Below are positions 40,624 through 51,916 of a stretch of 64,000 bases of DNA, piece after piece (within the stretch, counting starts at the first letter, position 1; each line of letters begins with the position of its first letter). Under the pieces are notes generated by a model. That model did no database searches and was not told the origin of the DNA. It was given only the letters and a program-made list of their open reading frames with translations. Location of the stretch: NCBI GenBank assembly GCA_963706595.1, contig OY970166.1, forward strand, positions 2,272,001 through 2,336,000. Direction: 5' to 3'. This stretch comes from an uncultured cyanobacterium (GTDB lineage Bacteria; Cyanobacteriota; Cyanobacteriia; Cyanobacteriales; Nostocaceae). The position numbers and the translations under genes were made by a program.

Positions 40624-43068
40624 ATGAGCAACAATTCTGCAAAATCAGGCTTTTGGGCTTATGTGGCTGAATGTGGACGCTTACTTTATTGGACTTACTT
40701 CAAGCCTTTTACCTTGGAAAATTGGTTGCGTGACATCCATCCAAGACTTGAACCAGGAGATAACCCCTTTGATAAGCAGGCTGAGTTTGGCACAAATCCT
40801 CGGTTGCGTCGCTATGCTGGTCAGGTTTGGTGGCTAACTGCCGTAGTCCCAATATTGGCTGTATTATTAGTTGCACTAATTTACACTCTGGCTAGTGGTG
40901 AGTCATTTGACTGGTTCAGAAGTGGTACTTTTTTGGCAGGCTGGTTTTTAGGAAGGGTTTTAAACCGTGGAGGCAATAAGAATAGAGTTGTTATTGTCCT
41001 GATTGCAAACTTGAGCGTATTTTTAGCAAGTCAATTTTTATCAGGCGTGGCGTTCGGCGTGGCGTTCGGCGTGGCGGCAGGCGTGGCGTTCGGCTTGACG
41101 TTCGGCGTGGCGGTAGGCTTGGCGGTAGGCGTGGCGTTCGGCTTGGTGGTAGGCGTGGCGTTCGGCTTGGCGGTAGGCGTGGCGTTCGGCTTGGCGGTAG
41201 GCTTGGTGGTAGGCGTGGCGTTCGGCGTGGCGTTCGGCGTGGCGTTCGGCGTGGCGTTCGGCGTGGCGGTAGGCGTGGTGGTAGGCGTGGCGTTCGGCTT
41301 GGTGTTCGGCGTGGCGTTCGGCGTGGCGTTCGGCGTGGCGTTCGGCGTGGCGTTCGGCGTGGCGTTCGGCGTGGCGTGGATTTTGGGTGTATTGCGAATT
41401 TACTTCTGGCTACCAGAATTACTGTGGATACTCATACTCTTTTTGACTTCTGCCAATGGAAAACGGGTAAATTGTTTACGATATCTACCACCTCGCTTTG
41501 ATGAACTGATTATTTTGCCTCTGCCTTTTATGGAACAGATAATTGTAGAGGCTTATCAAGAGAACCCAGAAGCAGCCCTTGATACTATTGATTACCTGAT
41601 TAGTTTTACCAATCAGCAAAAAGTTGCGGCAAAGGCAATTACTGAGATTGCTATAGATAGTCTCAATCGTTGTCAAAGGTTGAGCGATATTGTAGACATT
41701 GCCAACCAACTGGCTTGGATTCCCTCACCACCACCAAAAGAACTTGGCACGGTTTTTCCTCAATTTTTAGATATTAGCCAGGATGTCAGGGCATTACAGG
41801 AAGCTACTTCGCCCTATCGTCAGTATGAGTTACTCAATACTCCCATCAGTGCATTACAAGAAATTTCCAACAGTCTTGCTTTTGGTAAAAATACTTTCAC
41901 AGCTACTAAGTTTGGTAGCATTGTGCAACGCTGGCTGACAATTCTAGAGACGGCACAGCGTACTTTAGAGGAAACAGCAAAACAATCACAAGAAATTAAA
42001 CAAGTTTATATTGCTAGTAATTCCCTAGACCCCGCAACAGCCAAGCATCGCTTCAAAGGCAGAATTGATATATTTCGAGAAATCGAAACTTTGGCAGTTT
42101 CCGAATCACCACCAGTATTGTTACTCTATGGTGGACGCAAAACAGGAAAAACCTCAGCGCTGAAATATTTACCCCACAAAATAGGCTCAAATATTATACC
42201 TTTGCTGGTGGACGTACAGGGAGCAGCATCAGCAATAACATTGAAAGGCTTTGCAGAAAACTTAGCTAGACAAATGATCGACGCTGCAAGGCAATTACCC
42301 CGAAAATTATACTTGTCTAATCCCGATAGCAATAAGCTAGCTGAAGATCCATTTCCAGCGCTGCAAACTTGGCTAACTGAAATAGAACACCAATATTCTG
42401 ATAAGCGATTTCTTCTCTGTTTTGATGAATATGAGCGATTGAGTGAGGTAGTGAAAGAAACAAATAGCCGTGCGCCTCTCAATTTTATTCGTAACCTGCT
42501 GCAACACCACAAAAAATGGATTTTGCTGTTCAGTGGTTCTCACCAGCTATCTGAACTTGATGATTATTGGAGTGATTATTTAATTAACACGCGCGCTTTG
42601 CGGATGAGTTTCTTGCAAGAATCAGAAGCCCGTGAGTTGATTCTACAGCCTGTGGAAGATTTCCCCAACATCTATGAACCAACTGCTGTAGATGCAATTA
42701 TTGAACTTACTCACTGTCAACCTTACCTCGTTCAGTTGGTATGTTCAGAATTGGTGGAGTTACTCAACCGGGATATTAGGAGAAATCAGCGACAAACAAA
42801 TACAGCCCAAGCCACTGCACAGGACGTACAAGCAATTATTCCCAAAGCGCTTGAGAGAGGTGTTCATTATTTCCGCGAATTATGGACAAGTTTAGAAGAT
42901 AGCGAGCGAAGTTTACTGCGGCGGGTAATTCAAGGCAAAACTCCCACACAGCAAGATAAAGGAGTTGTGCGAAAACTTGCACGCAAAGAAATTTTGACTC
43001 AAGAAGGCAATGCCTTTCAAGTCCCTTTGGTGCAAAGATTTGTAGAACAGTTGCTAGAAGATGAGTGA
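40624..43068 (+). CDS. Membrane protein with GxxxG repeat region and C-terminal STAND-like ATPase
   Basis: TM helices, (GVAF)n, [27 protein letters not shown]. Confidence 0.82.
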   Translation: MSNNSAKSGFWAYVAECGRLLYWTYFKPFTLENWLRDIHPRLEPGDNPFDKQAEFGTNPRLRRYAGQVWWLTAVVPILAVLLVALIYTLASGESFDWFRSGTFLAGWFLGRVLNRGGNKNRVVIVLIANLSVFLASQFLSGVAFGVAFGVAAGVAFGLTFGVAVGLAVGVAFGLVVGVAFGLAVGVAFGLAVGLVVGVAFGVAFGVAFGVAFGVAVGVVVGVAFGLVFGVAFGVAFGVAFGVAFGVAFGVAWILGVLRIYFWLPELLWILILFLTSANGKRVNCLRYLPPRFDELIILPLPFMEQIIVEAYQENPEAALDTIDYLISFTNQQKVAAKAITEIAIDSLNRCQRLSDIVDIANQLAWIPSPPPKELGTVFPQFLDISQDVRALQEATSPYRQYELLNTPISALQEISNSLAFGKNTFTATKFGSIVQRWLTILETAQRTLEETAKQSQEIKQVYIASNSLDPATAKHRFKGRIDIFREIETLAVSESPPVLLLYGGRKTGKTSALKYLPHKIGSNIIPLLVDVQGAASAITLKGFAENLARQMIDAARQLPRKLYLSNPDSNKLAEDPFPALQTWLTEIEHQYSDKRFLLCFDEYERLSEVVKETNSRAPLNFIRNLLQHHKKWILLFSGSHQLSELDDYWSDYLINTRALRMSFLQESEARELILQPVEDFPNIYEPTAVDAIIELTHCQPYLVQLVCSELVELLNRDIRRNQRQTNTAQATAQDVQAIIPKALERGVHYFRELWTSLEDSERSLLRRVIQGKTPTQQDKGVVRKLARKEILTQEGNAFQVPLVQRFVEQLLEDE
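41044..41379 (+). repeat. In-frame 12-bp tandem repeat GGCGTGGCGTTC x28 (with variants)
   Basis: Encodes 28 G-(V/L)-(A/V/T)-(F/V/A/W) units. Confidence 0.95.
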
Positions 43069-43096
43069 TTCTCACTTCATCTTGCTCAAACTGATT

Positions 43097-43942
43097 TTAT
43101 GTATGAAATATGACGCTCACTAGCGGTAGAAATGCCAACAAAAAACTATGCCAAGACAGAGAGTTGATTTCTGCTGTGGGTTCTGGTGGTGCTAATAAAG
43201 CTTCTATTCTCTGTTCTAAGCGGTCGCTTCCACTAGCCCCTAAAGCCGCACAGCAAATTTCTGATGATACACTGCTACTGCTATTACTCACCACCATCAG
43301 CAATGACTCTGCTAATAGCAAAGGGTCTACCTGTGAAGCCGCGTAACTGTCAGCCCGTAATTCACGCAAAGCTAAGAGTTCCTCCCACAAAGCATCTGTA
43401 TTGGGTAGCCAACTGGTACAAGCACGTACCCAACCCAGCCAGAAAAACCAAAATGTGTCTCGGTAATGGTAATGACCTTGTTCATGCGCTAAAACACTAT
43501 CTACATGGGCAGGAGACAGGGTTTGCAGCAATCCTTGACTAACTACTAATTCTGGATGCCAAAAGCCTATTTGACCCGCAAAGGGCGCGTCTGTGTTCAG
43601 TAATCTAACTTGTTTACCCTGAATATTTACTAGGGGAGATTTACGGGCAGATTCTACAGATTGGCAACCTTGGAAGGCTAGAATAATGCACAAAATGGCA
43701 AAAAATCCTAGCAGAATTAATGCTAGTTCATAACTCCACCAGCCAGTGTGTATCCCGCCCATTTTGCCTTGAGGCCCCATGAAGAGGACAGCGATCGCCG
43801 TCATGAAAATTAACAATGGGGGGAAGAGAAATAAAAATAGCGATCGCCGCCATCGGATATCCCAATTACCTTGGAGATGATTCCCAGAGTGTCTTAAACT
43901 CCAAGCAACTGTGATAGCAGTCAAAATCATCATCAAATGCAT
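43097..43942 (-). CDS. petP: BlaR1/M56-family membrane metalloprotease, likely PetP
   Basis: VLAHEQGH zinc motif, ELRAD; operon with BlaI-type regulator. Confidence 0.8.
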   Translation of the reverse strand: MHLMMILTAITVAWSLRHSGNHLQGNWDIRWRRSLFLFLFPPLLIFMTAIAVLFMGPQGKMGGIHTGWWSYELALILLGFFAILCIILAFQGCQSVESARKSPLVNIQGKQVRLLNTDAPFAGQIGFWHPELVVSQGLLQTLSPAHVDSVLAHEQGHYHYRDTFWFFWLGWVRACTSWLPNTDALWEELLALRELRADSYAASQVDPLLLAESLLMVVSNSSSSVSSEICCAALGASGSDRLEQRIEALLAPPEPTAEINSLSWHSFLLAFLPLVSVIFHT

Positions 43943-43944
43943 GA

Positions 43945-44364
43945 TTATTGTTCCTCCCTGGCTTGGCGTGCGGCTTGAATGCGTTGAGCGATCGCTTCTA
44001 GTTGGTCGCTGGCGGCTGCATCTAGACTATCAGCAAAGGCAGCGATCACATCAGGATTACCCACGGCGAGAAATTTCTGTAACTGGTCATGCGCCTTAAT
44101 TACCTGTGCTTGCTGCTTTGTCAGCTTTGGTAGCCAATAAAATGCCCGTCCTTGTTTGTTACAGGCTAACCAACCTTTATCGGTGAGACGACGTAAAACT
44201 GTAGTTACCGAAGTGTAAGCGAGTTCCCGGTTGGGGTCTGAGAGAATGCGATCGTGTACATCTTTGACTGTAGCTGAACCCAGTTCCCAGATAATATTCA
44301 AGATTTCTGCTTCCAAAGGTCCTACAGACATTTGTTTAGGGCGGTAGTCAGGTAAAGGTGCCAT
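43945..44364 (-). CDS. petR: BlaI/MecI/CopY-family regulator, likely PetR
   Basis: GPLEAEIL..IWELG.ATVKDVHDRILSDP.RELAYTSVTTVL. Confidence 0.82.
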   Translation of the reverse strand: MAPLPDYRPKQMSVGPLEAEILNIIWELGSATVKDVHDRILSDPNRELAYTSVTTVLRRLTDKGWLACNKQGRAFYWLPKLTKQQAQVIKAHDQLQKFLAVGNPDVIAAFADSLDAAASDQLEAIAQRIQAARQAREEQ

Positions 44365-44642
44365 ATTGATTTTGTAACGAATTGTAGAGGTGGGATCTGG
44401 GGATTGCCAAGATTTCCTCTCTATTTTGCCAAGTCATAGCGGATTAAAACCGTTTGTGCTGGGATTTATTCTGTTTTCAGATTACCTTTGTTTGTCTGCG
44501 CTGACATCAATTTTGCCATCATACATAAAAAATACTCTGGTCTAAGGATAAGAAATACTCGGAATTTAACTGTGATTATGGTGAATGACACCCATTAGAA
44601 TGTAATCTCGGCAATAGTATTTAGAGCAGGTTTATCCACCGC

Positions 44643-45377
44643 GTGAAGCTATTCATATACCACACTCCGGAATTGACTCCTATCGGCGAAACTCCAGACT
44701 GCGCGATCGCAGTTGATGTTTTGCGGGCTACTAGCACCATAGCGACTGTTTTGGCATCTGGTGGCGAAGCTGTGCAAGTCTTCAGCGATTTAGAACAACT
44801 GATTGCAGTCAGCGAAAAATGGCCGCCGGAAAAACGACTCCGAGCTGGAGAACGCGGCGGTGCTAAAGTTGCTGGCTTTGAATTGGGTAACTCTCCCCTT
44901 GACTGCACACGGGAAGTAGTGGAGGGGCGGCGATTATTTATCAGTACCACCAATGGAACTCGCGCCTTACAACGGATAGAACACTCCCCCAGTGTACTGG
45001 CCGCAGCTTTGATTAATCGGGCGGCGGTGGTGCAGTATCTCCTGGATAAACAACCAGAGACTGTGTGGATTGTCGGTTCTGGTTGGGAAGGTACTTTTTC
45101 TTTAGAAGATACAGTTTGTGCTGGGGCGATCGCTCATAGTCTTGCAGAGAAGTCCAAATTTTCTCAAGACGAATTAGCTGGTAACGATGAAGTGATTAGT
45201 GCGATCGCGCTTTACTCACAATGGCAAAATGACTTATTGGGATTATTCCACCAAGCCAGCCACGGCAAAAGATTACTACGTCTGGAATCACACGAAGATT
45301 TAAAATATTGCGCTCAAACCGATATTTTAGATGTCTTGCCCATACAGCAAGAACTGGGGGTGTTAAAAAGCCAGTAA
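44643..45377 (+). CDS. comB: 2-phosphosulfolactate phosphatase family protein
   Basis: [14 protein letters not shown]...GNSP, STTNGT, FSLED. Confidence 0.9.
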   Translation: MKLFIYHTPELTPIGETPDCAIAVDVLRATSTIATVLASGGEAVQVFSDLEQLIAVSEKWPPEKRLRAGERGGAKVAGFELGNSPLDCTREVVEGRRLFISTTNGTRALQRIEHSPSVLAAALINRAAVVQYLLDKQPETVWIVGSGWEGTFSLEDTVCAGAIAHSLAEKSKFSQDELAGNDEVISAIALYSQWQNDLLGLFHQASHGKRLLRLESHEDLKYCAQTDILDVLPIQQELGVLKSQ

Positions 45378-45406
45378 CTAAAAAATTCTTTTTCTGTTTG
45401 AAGATG

Positions 45407-45436
45407 CCCTTTTCTAGATTATAATCTGGAAAGGGG
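45407..45436. terminator. Probable bidirectional terminator
   Basis: cccttttctagatt-at-aatctggaaagggg hairpin between convergent genes. Confidence 0.55.
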
Positions 45437-45459
45437 TATATTTAATTAAATGCAATATT

Positions 45460-46077
45460 TTATAAACCTTGTAAGAATTGCTTCATAGCATCAAATGCAG
45501 GGCTATCCCACGGTAAATAACCCGCCTTTGCTGCTTCTCCTAAACGTTTATCTGGTTCTATTTGCGACGATAGCCAAGCACGTATACGTGCTTTTGAGAT
45601 ATCTTTAGGTTTGGGTTGCCGTTGTGCTGTGTTGTAAACACACTCAAAGTAATTGTCTATGCATTGTATAGCTTTATCTGTTTTTATCGCCTCTAAGCAG
45701 ACATCTTCAAGCATTCCACTATCTTGATATTCTGGAAGAATTAATATGCTAACTTTTGGACTATCCCCTACAATTTCTTTTGGGTAGTTTGGTACAGGTA
45801 ATTTGGCATTTTTTAAAGAGCCACATATACTATCAAATGCACTTTTTGTAGACTCATCTGCATCCCTGGTGATACCCAGAGAAACAATGTCTCTAAAACC
45901 AGGGCGCAAAAATAGTTGTTTCAAATAATTACCCAGTGCTTGCTTACCTCCATACTGTTCTACCTGAATATCAGTAATGTTGAGATGCTTGAGCAAAGCA
46001 TTAAAAAACAATACTTCCTCAGAACCTTCACCAATAAGTAATTTTGGTTTTGATAATTCTAGAGATTTGCTAGACAT
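45460..46077 (-). CDS. TOPRIM-fold (DUF3226-like) protein
   Basis: LLIGEG..E, YGG, RDAD, GMLED; ATG overlaps upstream TGA (TGATG). Confidence 0.75.
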   Translation of the reverse strand: MSSKSLELSKPKLLIGEGSEEVLFFNALLKHLNITDIQVEQYGGKQALGNYLKQLFLRPGFRDIVSLGITRDADESTKSAFDSICGSLKNAKLPVPNYPKEIVGDSPKVSILILPEYQDSGMLEDVCLEAIKTDKAIQCIDNYFECVYNTAQRQPKPKDISKARIRAWLSSQIEPDKRLGEAAKAGYLPWDSPAFDAMKQFLQGL

Positions 46078-47180
46078 CAGCGAATCTCCCAATCAAATTC
46101 TTCTGAGGTTTCTAAGGCTTCTTTATCGTATGTAAAGGCTTGAATTTTATCTTTGACTCTTTCAAGTCGATGGTAACGAAAATCGTATTTCTCGCTATTC
46201 TCAAATGCTTCATGAGCTGCAATAATACATTCCCGACTATGGGTAGTGGCAAATATTTGTACATCTGCTCGGCGAGCCGCATCAGCTATGGCTCTCCAGA
46301 CATCAGTTAAAACTGAATAATGTAAGCCATTTTCAATCTCGTCAATTAAAATAGTCCCGCCTTTAGCATTAGCTATTGCCAATATAATTGAGAGTAAACG
46401 TCTCATTCCTTCTCCCATCAGGGGTAATGGAACTAACTCACGCATACCTATATCACCATTGATTATTGGTTCACGCTTGATGATTAGCAAACTCAAGCGG
46501 CGCAAACGAGGCTCTAATAACTGGAGTGTTTCTAAAACTTCATTTTGCCTTCCAATTCGTTCTAAATGGCTAAAACGTTCAGCGTCTTCTATTGGTGAGC
46601 TTGTAGTAGTTGTAAGATAGATACCTAAAGGGAATTTTTCTCGCCGATAACGCGTACCCAGTAATTTACTACCATCGGCTCTTAAAGAAATGCGTAGGGG
46701 CTGTTTTTCATTAGGATCTTGATACTCCCACTCTAACCTAGAGTATGGTCTGACCTCTGTTGTAAGTGATTCAGTAGTGAGTGATTCATCAACTTTGGCA
46801 CTGGTATTATGATAATTTAAAAGAGATAAATCATCTATTTGCTCTTCTTCTGACTCAAGAAGAAAAATTTTCAAAACTCGTTGTAAATTATTTGCTTCTA
46901 AATCACTGATTTCAATTACTTTCTCAATATCTTGGTTGAAGAAAAAACCTTTGATTTCTTCAATATCTTCAAATTTGATTCCTCCTCTGGAAATACCCCG
47001 CAAGCGATTAACCTGAAATAATGATTCAGGATTACTGGGGTTAATAAACATAAAAATAGCTTCTAAAAGAGATGTTTTACCAACATTATTTTTTCCTGCG
47101 ATTAAGTTTACTCGTTCCAGTGGCTCAAGAGTTAAGTTCTGGAAGCAACGAAAGTTTTTTAGTGTCAATGAGCGCAACAT
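46077..47180 (-). CDS. AAA_15/AAA_21 ABC-class ATPase
   Basis: KNFRCF, GKNNVGKT, MGEG signature, LIDEIENGLH, TTHS. Confidence 0.88.
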   Translation of the reverse strand: MLRSLTLKNFRCFQNLTLEPLERVNLIAGKNNVGKTSLLEAIFMFINPSNPESLFQVNRLRGISRGGIKFEDIEEIKGFFFNQDIEKVIEISDLEANNLQRVLKIFLLESEEEQIDDLSLLNYHNTSAKVDESLTTESLTTEVRPYSRLEWEYQDPNEKQPLRISLRADGSKLLGTRYRREKFPLGIYLTTTTSSPIEDAERFSHLERIGRQNEVLETLQLLEPRLRRLSLLIIKREPIINGDIGMRELVPLPLMGEGMRRLLSIILAIANAKGGTILIDEIENGLHYSVLTDVWRAIADAARRADVQIFATTHSRECIIAAHEAFENSEKYDFRYHRLERVKDKIQAFTYDKEALETSEEFDWEIR

Positions 47181-47382
47181 GATTTAATTTATCGCCTCAG
47201 CAAAAGCTGTTTACTCTTAACAGCTTATCTCCTCTGTCATCTAGCAGTTAACTTTCATAGGATAATTTCTGAAAAAGTCTTTTGACAAGCACTCAAGAAT
47301 CATATCCTCCTTTAATATAAAAAAATCCCCTAGCATGACGACCAGGGGTAAAAGTTTCTAATTAAGTGACTTGGTGGAAATA

Positions 47383-49836
47383 CTAGCCAGCATTAGCCAA
47401 GAGTAACTCTCGCTTTTCTGAGCCATGTATTGTTACCTGATTGTCATCATCAACATCCACGGTGGCTGTAACTCCCTCGGTGACTTGACCAGATAGCATG
47501 GCTTCAGCCAGAGGGTCTTCTAACAAACGCATAATTGCTCGGCGTAACGGTCTCGCACCGTAACTGGGGTTATAGCCTTCTTCCACTACACGCTCTTTAA
47601 AGCGTTCTGTAACTTCTAAGGTAATTCCCTTTTCAGTCAAGCGATTAGCCAGTTCACGCAGCAGAATATCAGCAATTTGCTTGACTTCATCTTTAGCAAG
47701 CTGGGTGAAGACGATAATATCATCCAAGCGGTTGAGGAATTCTGGTCGGAAATAAGCTTTCAGTTCTTCATTCACTAAGGTACGAATGCGGTTGTAGCTT
47801 GCGTCGGCCGCAGTCTCAAAGTCAAAGCCTAAACCACCACCACCTTTTTCGATTACCTTAGAACCAATGTTGGAAGTCAGAATAATCAGTGTATTCTTGA
47901 AGTCCACTTTCCGACCTTTTGCGTCGGTGAGGTGTCCATCATCCAAAAGTTGCAGCAGCATATTAAATACGTCAGGATGCGCTTTTTCGATTTCGTCGAA
48001 GAGAATCACTGAGTATGGTTTGCGGCGCACGGCTTCTGTCAGTTGTCCGCCATCGTCGTATCCTACGTAACCAGGAGGTGAACCAATCAGTTTGGAAACT
48101 GTATGTCCTTCCATGTATTCGGACATATCTAGGCGAATCATCGCTTCTTCGCTACTAAAGAAGTAAGATGCTAAGGATTTGGCTAATTCTGTTTTACCAA
48201 CTCCGGTAGGTCCAGAGAAAATAAAACTAGCAATGGGGCGATTGGGATTTTTTAACCCGACTCTGGCGCGACGGATAGCGCGAGATACGGCTGTAACTGC
48301 TTGCTCTTGACCAATTAACCGTTCGTGGAGTGTGTCTTCTAGGTGCAGCAGCAACTCTGACTCAGATTCGGTGAGTTTGTTGACTGGTACTCCTGTCCAA
48401 GAGGCGACGATTTGAGCAATGTCTTCCTCATTCACAATCAGGGACTTGACAAAATCCTCAGCTTGTGGTTCAAACTGCATATCGGCTTCGAGTTTGATTT
48501 CCTCGCCGCGCAGTTCTCCAGCTTTGCCAAAGTTCTGAGTTCTAACTGCTTCCTCTTTGGCTTTCGTCACACCGACTAATTGCTTTTTGAGTTCTTTATC
48601 GATAGAAACGCGAGAGTTCCGCAACCGCACACGAGAACCAGCTTCGTCAATCAAGTCAATTGCTTTATCTGGAAGAAAGCGATCGCTGATGTAACGATCT
48701 GACAACTCGGCGGCTGCTAGAATTGCTTCATCAGAAATATGTACTTTGTGGTGCTGCTCGTAAGCTCCGCGCAAGCCATAGAGAATTTCCACAGTTTCTT
48801 CGATTGAGGGTTCCCCAATTAAAACTGATTGGAAACGACGCTCTAAAGCCGCATCACGCTCAATATGCTGACGATACTCATTGAGAGTGGTTGCACCAAT
48901 ACACTGGAGTTCACCCCGTGCTAAGGCAGGTTTAAGGATATTAGCTGCATCTAAACCGCCTTCTGTACCACCAGCACCAACTAAGGTGTGAACTTCGTCA
49001 ATTACCAGAATAATATTGCCAGCAGAACGGACTTCTTCGACAATTTTCTTCAGGCGTTCTTCAAAGTCGCCACGAAACCGGGTTCCAGACACTACCATGC
49101 CCATATCAAGACTGATAACTTGCTTATCTAGCAAGATTTCCGGTGCATCTTGATTGACAATACGTTGAGCTAGTCCTTCTGCGATCGCAGTTTTACCAAC
49201 TCCTGGTTCACCGATTAATATGGGATTATTCTTGGTGCGGCGACCGAGAATTTGGATAGTCCGCTCAATTTCTTTGGCTCTTCCCACTACAGGGTCAAGC
49301 TTGCCTTCTTGGGCTAATTTAGTGAGGTTTCTGCCAAATTCCTCTAGGGTTACGCTTTGGCTGCGCTTAGAACCGCTACCTGTACCAGCGAAAACGGTTC
49401 CACCTTCACCCAAACGACGGATGACGTTTGTGCGGACATTTTTGAGGTCTACTCCTAGATTTTGCAGGACTTTGGCGGCGACACCTTCACCAGCCTCGGT
49501 TAATCCTAAGAGTAAGTGTTCGGTGTTGATGTAGTTATTTCCCAGACTATTAGCTTCTCGGAAAGATTGCTCGAATAAGCTTTTCACCTTGGGGGTAAAA
49601 GGAATTTCTGGTGGAACAAAACCAGAACCTCTACCGATAATTTTTTCAACTTCGCGGCGTGCTTCCTTGAGAGTTACGCCCAATTCGGCTAGCACTTTAG
49701 CAGCAACCCCAGTCCCTTCTCCGATTAGTCCCAGGAGAATTTGTTCAGTTCCTACGAAATTGTGTCCCAGGCGACGTGCTTCCTCCTGGGCTAACATAAT
49801 TACTTTAATGGCTTCGGAAGTGAAGTGTTCAAACAT
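47383..49836 (-). CDS. clpC: Clp protease ATP-binding subunit, ClpC family
   Basis: Clp-N repeats, [32 protein letters not shown]. Confidence 0.93.
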   Translation of the reverse strand: MFEHFTSEAIKVIMLAQEEARRLGHNFVGTEQILLGLIGEGTGVAAKVLAELGVTLKEARREVEKIIGRGSGFVPPEIPFTPKVKSLFEQSFREANSLGNNYINTEHLLLGLTEAGEGVAAKVLQNLGVDLKNVRTNVIRRLGEGGTVFAGTGSGSKRSQSVTLEEFGRNLTKLAQEGKLDPVVGRAKEIERTIQILGRRTKNNPILIGEPGVGKTAIAEGLAQRIVNQDAPEILLDKQVISLDMGMVVSGTRFRGDFEERLKKIVEEVRSAGNIILVIDEVHTLVGAGGTEGGLDAANILKPALARGELQCIGATTLNEYRQHIERDAALERRFQSVLIGEPSIEETVEILYGLRGAYEQHHKVHISDEAILAAAELSDRYISDRFLPDKAIDLIDEAGSRVRLRNSRVSIDKELKKQLVGVTKAKEEAVRTQNFGKAGELRGEEIKLEADMQFEPQAEDFVKSLIVNEEDIAQIVASWTGVPVNKLTESESELLLHLEDTLHERLIGQEQAVTAVSRAIRRARVGLKNPNRPIASFIFSGPTGVGKTELAKSLASYFFSSEEAMIRLDMSEYMEGHTVSKLIGSPPGYVGYDDGGQLTEAVRRKPYSVILFDEIEKAHPDVFNMLLQLLDDGHLTDAKGRKVDFKNTLIILTSNIGSKVIEKGGGGLGFDFETAADASYNRIRTLVNEELKAYFRPEFLNRLDDIIVFTQLAKDEVKQIADILLRELANRLTEKGITLEVTERFKERVVEEGYNPSYGARPLRRAIMRLLEDPLAEAMLSGQVTEGVTATVDVDDDNQVTIHGSEKRELLLANAG

Positions 49837-50069
49837 AATGGGTTCTTGCTCCCTTGCTGCTTTGGGCTTTGGGTGAGCTATATATTCACCCGCATTTAAA
49901 CTTTTTTGTATTTTCTTAAAGATAATGTATCTTTATTTAAAGTTACATGGCAGTGGTGAGAGCCGTATGAGGTGGGGTGTGGTTGCCGTCATGATTTATG
50001 ATGGCGGAATAGAAACACGATTAAATCTGGACTGGGGATGAAGTAATAATCGAGGTATAGGTATAAATC

Positions 50070-50366
50070 ATGTCTGAATTACACGGGAATAAAGACCAAC
50101 AACATCCTCTCTATAACCGCGATCGCCCCTCCATTCACATTTTACTCGCTCAAGAGCCAACAAACTACAATTTAGCTGAATTAGCTAGATTAAAAATTCG
50201 TTATCAAGGCTTTCCAGGGGCGAGAGACATCCAACAAGATTTGGATAAAGCCTTGCAGCAATGGGGTTTGACGGAAGCTGAACTTTTTGAGAAAACTCGC
50301 CAGATGCATGATGTGGGGGGAATCTATCAAAGTCGCGGCAAAAAAGAAGAGGAAGATTGGAATTAG
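50070..50366 (+). CDS. DUF3288-like protein
   Basis: QQHPL...LAELARL.IRYQGFPGA. Confidence 0.75.
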   Translation: MSELHGNKDQQHPLYNRDRPSIHILLAQEPTNYNLAELARLKIRYQGFPGARDIQQDLDKALQQWGLTEAELFEKTRQMHDVGGIYQSRGKKEEEDWN

Positions 50367-50420
50367 GGAGTGGGGAGTGGGAGAAGACAAACTTAAATTT
50401 TCTTGCCTATCTCCCTGATA

Positions 50421-51899
50421 TTAATCATCTAAATTCCTTTCTTCTCCATATTTCCGCAGCTGCTTTAAAAGGTTTTCAGGGGATGACTCAGAAATTGCTG
50501 GGTTAATAATTGGTTGGGGGTTGAGTTCAAAAATATCCGCAGCAGGTATGGGTTGGATATTCAGCGCCTGTGGCTTTGGGGTGAGAGTGGGAAGCTCAAT
50601 TTTGGGTTTACTAACAGGAGGCTGCTTCACCACTGGTTGATTCACAGGAGGCTGTTTAACAGGAGGTTTGCTGACGGCTATTTTGAGGGAGTCTAAAGTA
50701 GCAGCTACCTTGACATCTTGCTGCATCTGTTCTGTGGAAGACACTAAGCCACTTAAACCATTGACCAACTGCAACAGATTTTGCCGGAAAGCTGGATCAC
50801 CTGTCAATTCGTCTAAATCAGAGGTAATTTTTTGGGTATTTTCAAAAGTTACCCTGGCTGAATCTAAGGTTTGCTGCATTAGCACTAGATTCTGAGGGTC
50901 ATTTAAAGTTTTAGAAGCGTCGCGTAAATTAGCTGAAGCTTGGGCTGCATTTGCTGACAGGCTTTCTAAATTGTTGAGTAATTCGCCTTGAGTTAGTCTA
51001 TCAAAGGCTGGTGAGAGGCTACTGACTGTCACCCGGAGTTGATTGCTAGTTTCGGTGATATTGTTCAAAGCACCAACTAAAGAACTCCGGTTGCTGGTCA
51101 CTAATTCATCTAGGTTACTCAACAACCGATTAGCTTGACTGGCTGTGGAACTAAATTCACTTGCTGTCGCCCCTAATTGGTCTACTGTTTTAGTGGCGGA
51201 TGCAGTAAGTTTATTTGTGGATTGTTGGACTGAATTAGCCGTGGTGGAGAATGTCCCTAGTTGTTGTTGAAAGCTTTTGGTTAAACCTTGAAAATCCTGA
51301 GTTAGGGATGCAACACCTGTAGCTGCTGCTGTTGAGCTTTCTAGAAGTCGATTCACGTTTTGGTAAAATGCTGGGTCACTGTATGTAGTGGCTAAATTGG
51401 TTGAAGAGCGAATTAGTTCATCAATGCTGATGCCAATTTGACCTGATAACCGAGAACCATTACAAATGATTAGGCTGTCATCACAATTATTATCGAGGGG
51501 TTTGGCGATTGCCCCAATCGGGATAGATGTTTTAGGTGTAATGTCAATTATACTTTCACTAATTAATCCACTCTGATTAGCTTCAATTACCACATCACTG
51601 GCAATCACTAAATCAGCTGGAGCAATTTCGATTTCCACCTCTACGGCATTTGAACCTGCTTTCACCCTAGAAATATTGCCTACTTTTACACCCCGATAAC
51701 GAACTGGTGCGCCTCTTTGCATCCCACCAGCATTAGCAAATTCCACCATAAACTTGTATGAATTGCTGCCTGCTGTAAATCTATTTAACCAGAGGACAAT
51801 CATCACAAATGCGCCCAATCCCAAGAGTATGAGCAACCCTACTGAGCCTTCTCTTAATGTGCGCTTAGACGCAAAGCTGTTTGTTATGATATCTCGCAT
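50421..51899 (-). CDS. MlaD/MCE family (Tgd2-like) protein with Pro-rich tail
   Basis: REGSVGL TM, GAPVRYRGVKVG, coiled-coil region. Confidence 0.9.
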   Translation of the reverse strand: MRDIITNSFASKRTLREGSVGLLILLGLGAFVMIVLWLNRFTAGSNSYKFMVEFANAGGMQRGAPVRYRGVKVGNISRVKAGSNAVEVEIEIAPADLVIASDVVIEANQSGLISESIIDITPKTSIPIGAIAKPLDNNCDDSLIICNGSRLSGQIGISIDELIRSSTNLATTYSDPAFYQNVNRLLESSTAAATGVASLTQDFQGLTKSFQQQLGTFSTTANSVQQSTNKLTASATKTVDQLGATASEFSSTASQANRLLSNLDELVTSNRSSLVGALNNITETSNQLRVTVSSLSPAFDRLTQGELLNNLESLSANAAQASANLRDASKTLNDPQNLVLMQQTLDSARVTFENTQKITSDLDELTGDPAFRQNLLQLVNGLSGLVSSTEQMQQDVKVAATLDSLKIAVSKPPVKQPPVNQPVVKQPPVSKPKIELPTLTPKPQALNIQPIPAADIFELNPQPIINPAISESSPENLLKQLRKYGEERNLDD

Positions 51900-51916
51900 A
51901 TTATTTCTCCATCGAC

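Noticed and set aside
41044..41379. DGR-type diversification of the GVAF repeat
   Set aside because: Variation is not adenine-specific on either strand, and no reverse transcriptase is present
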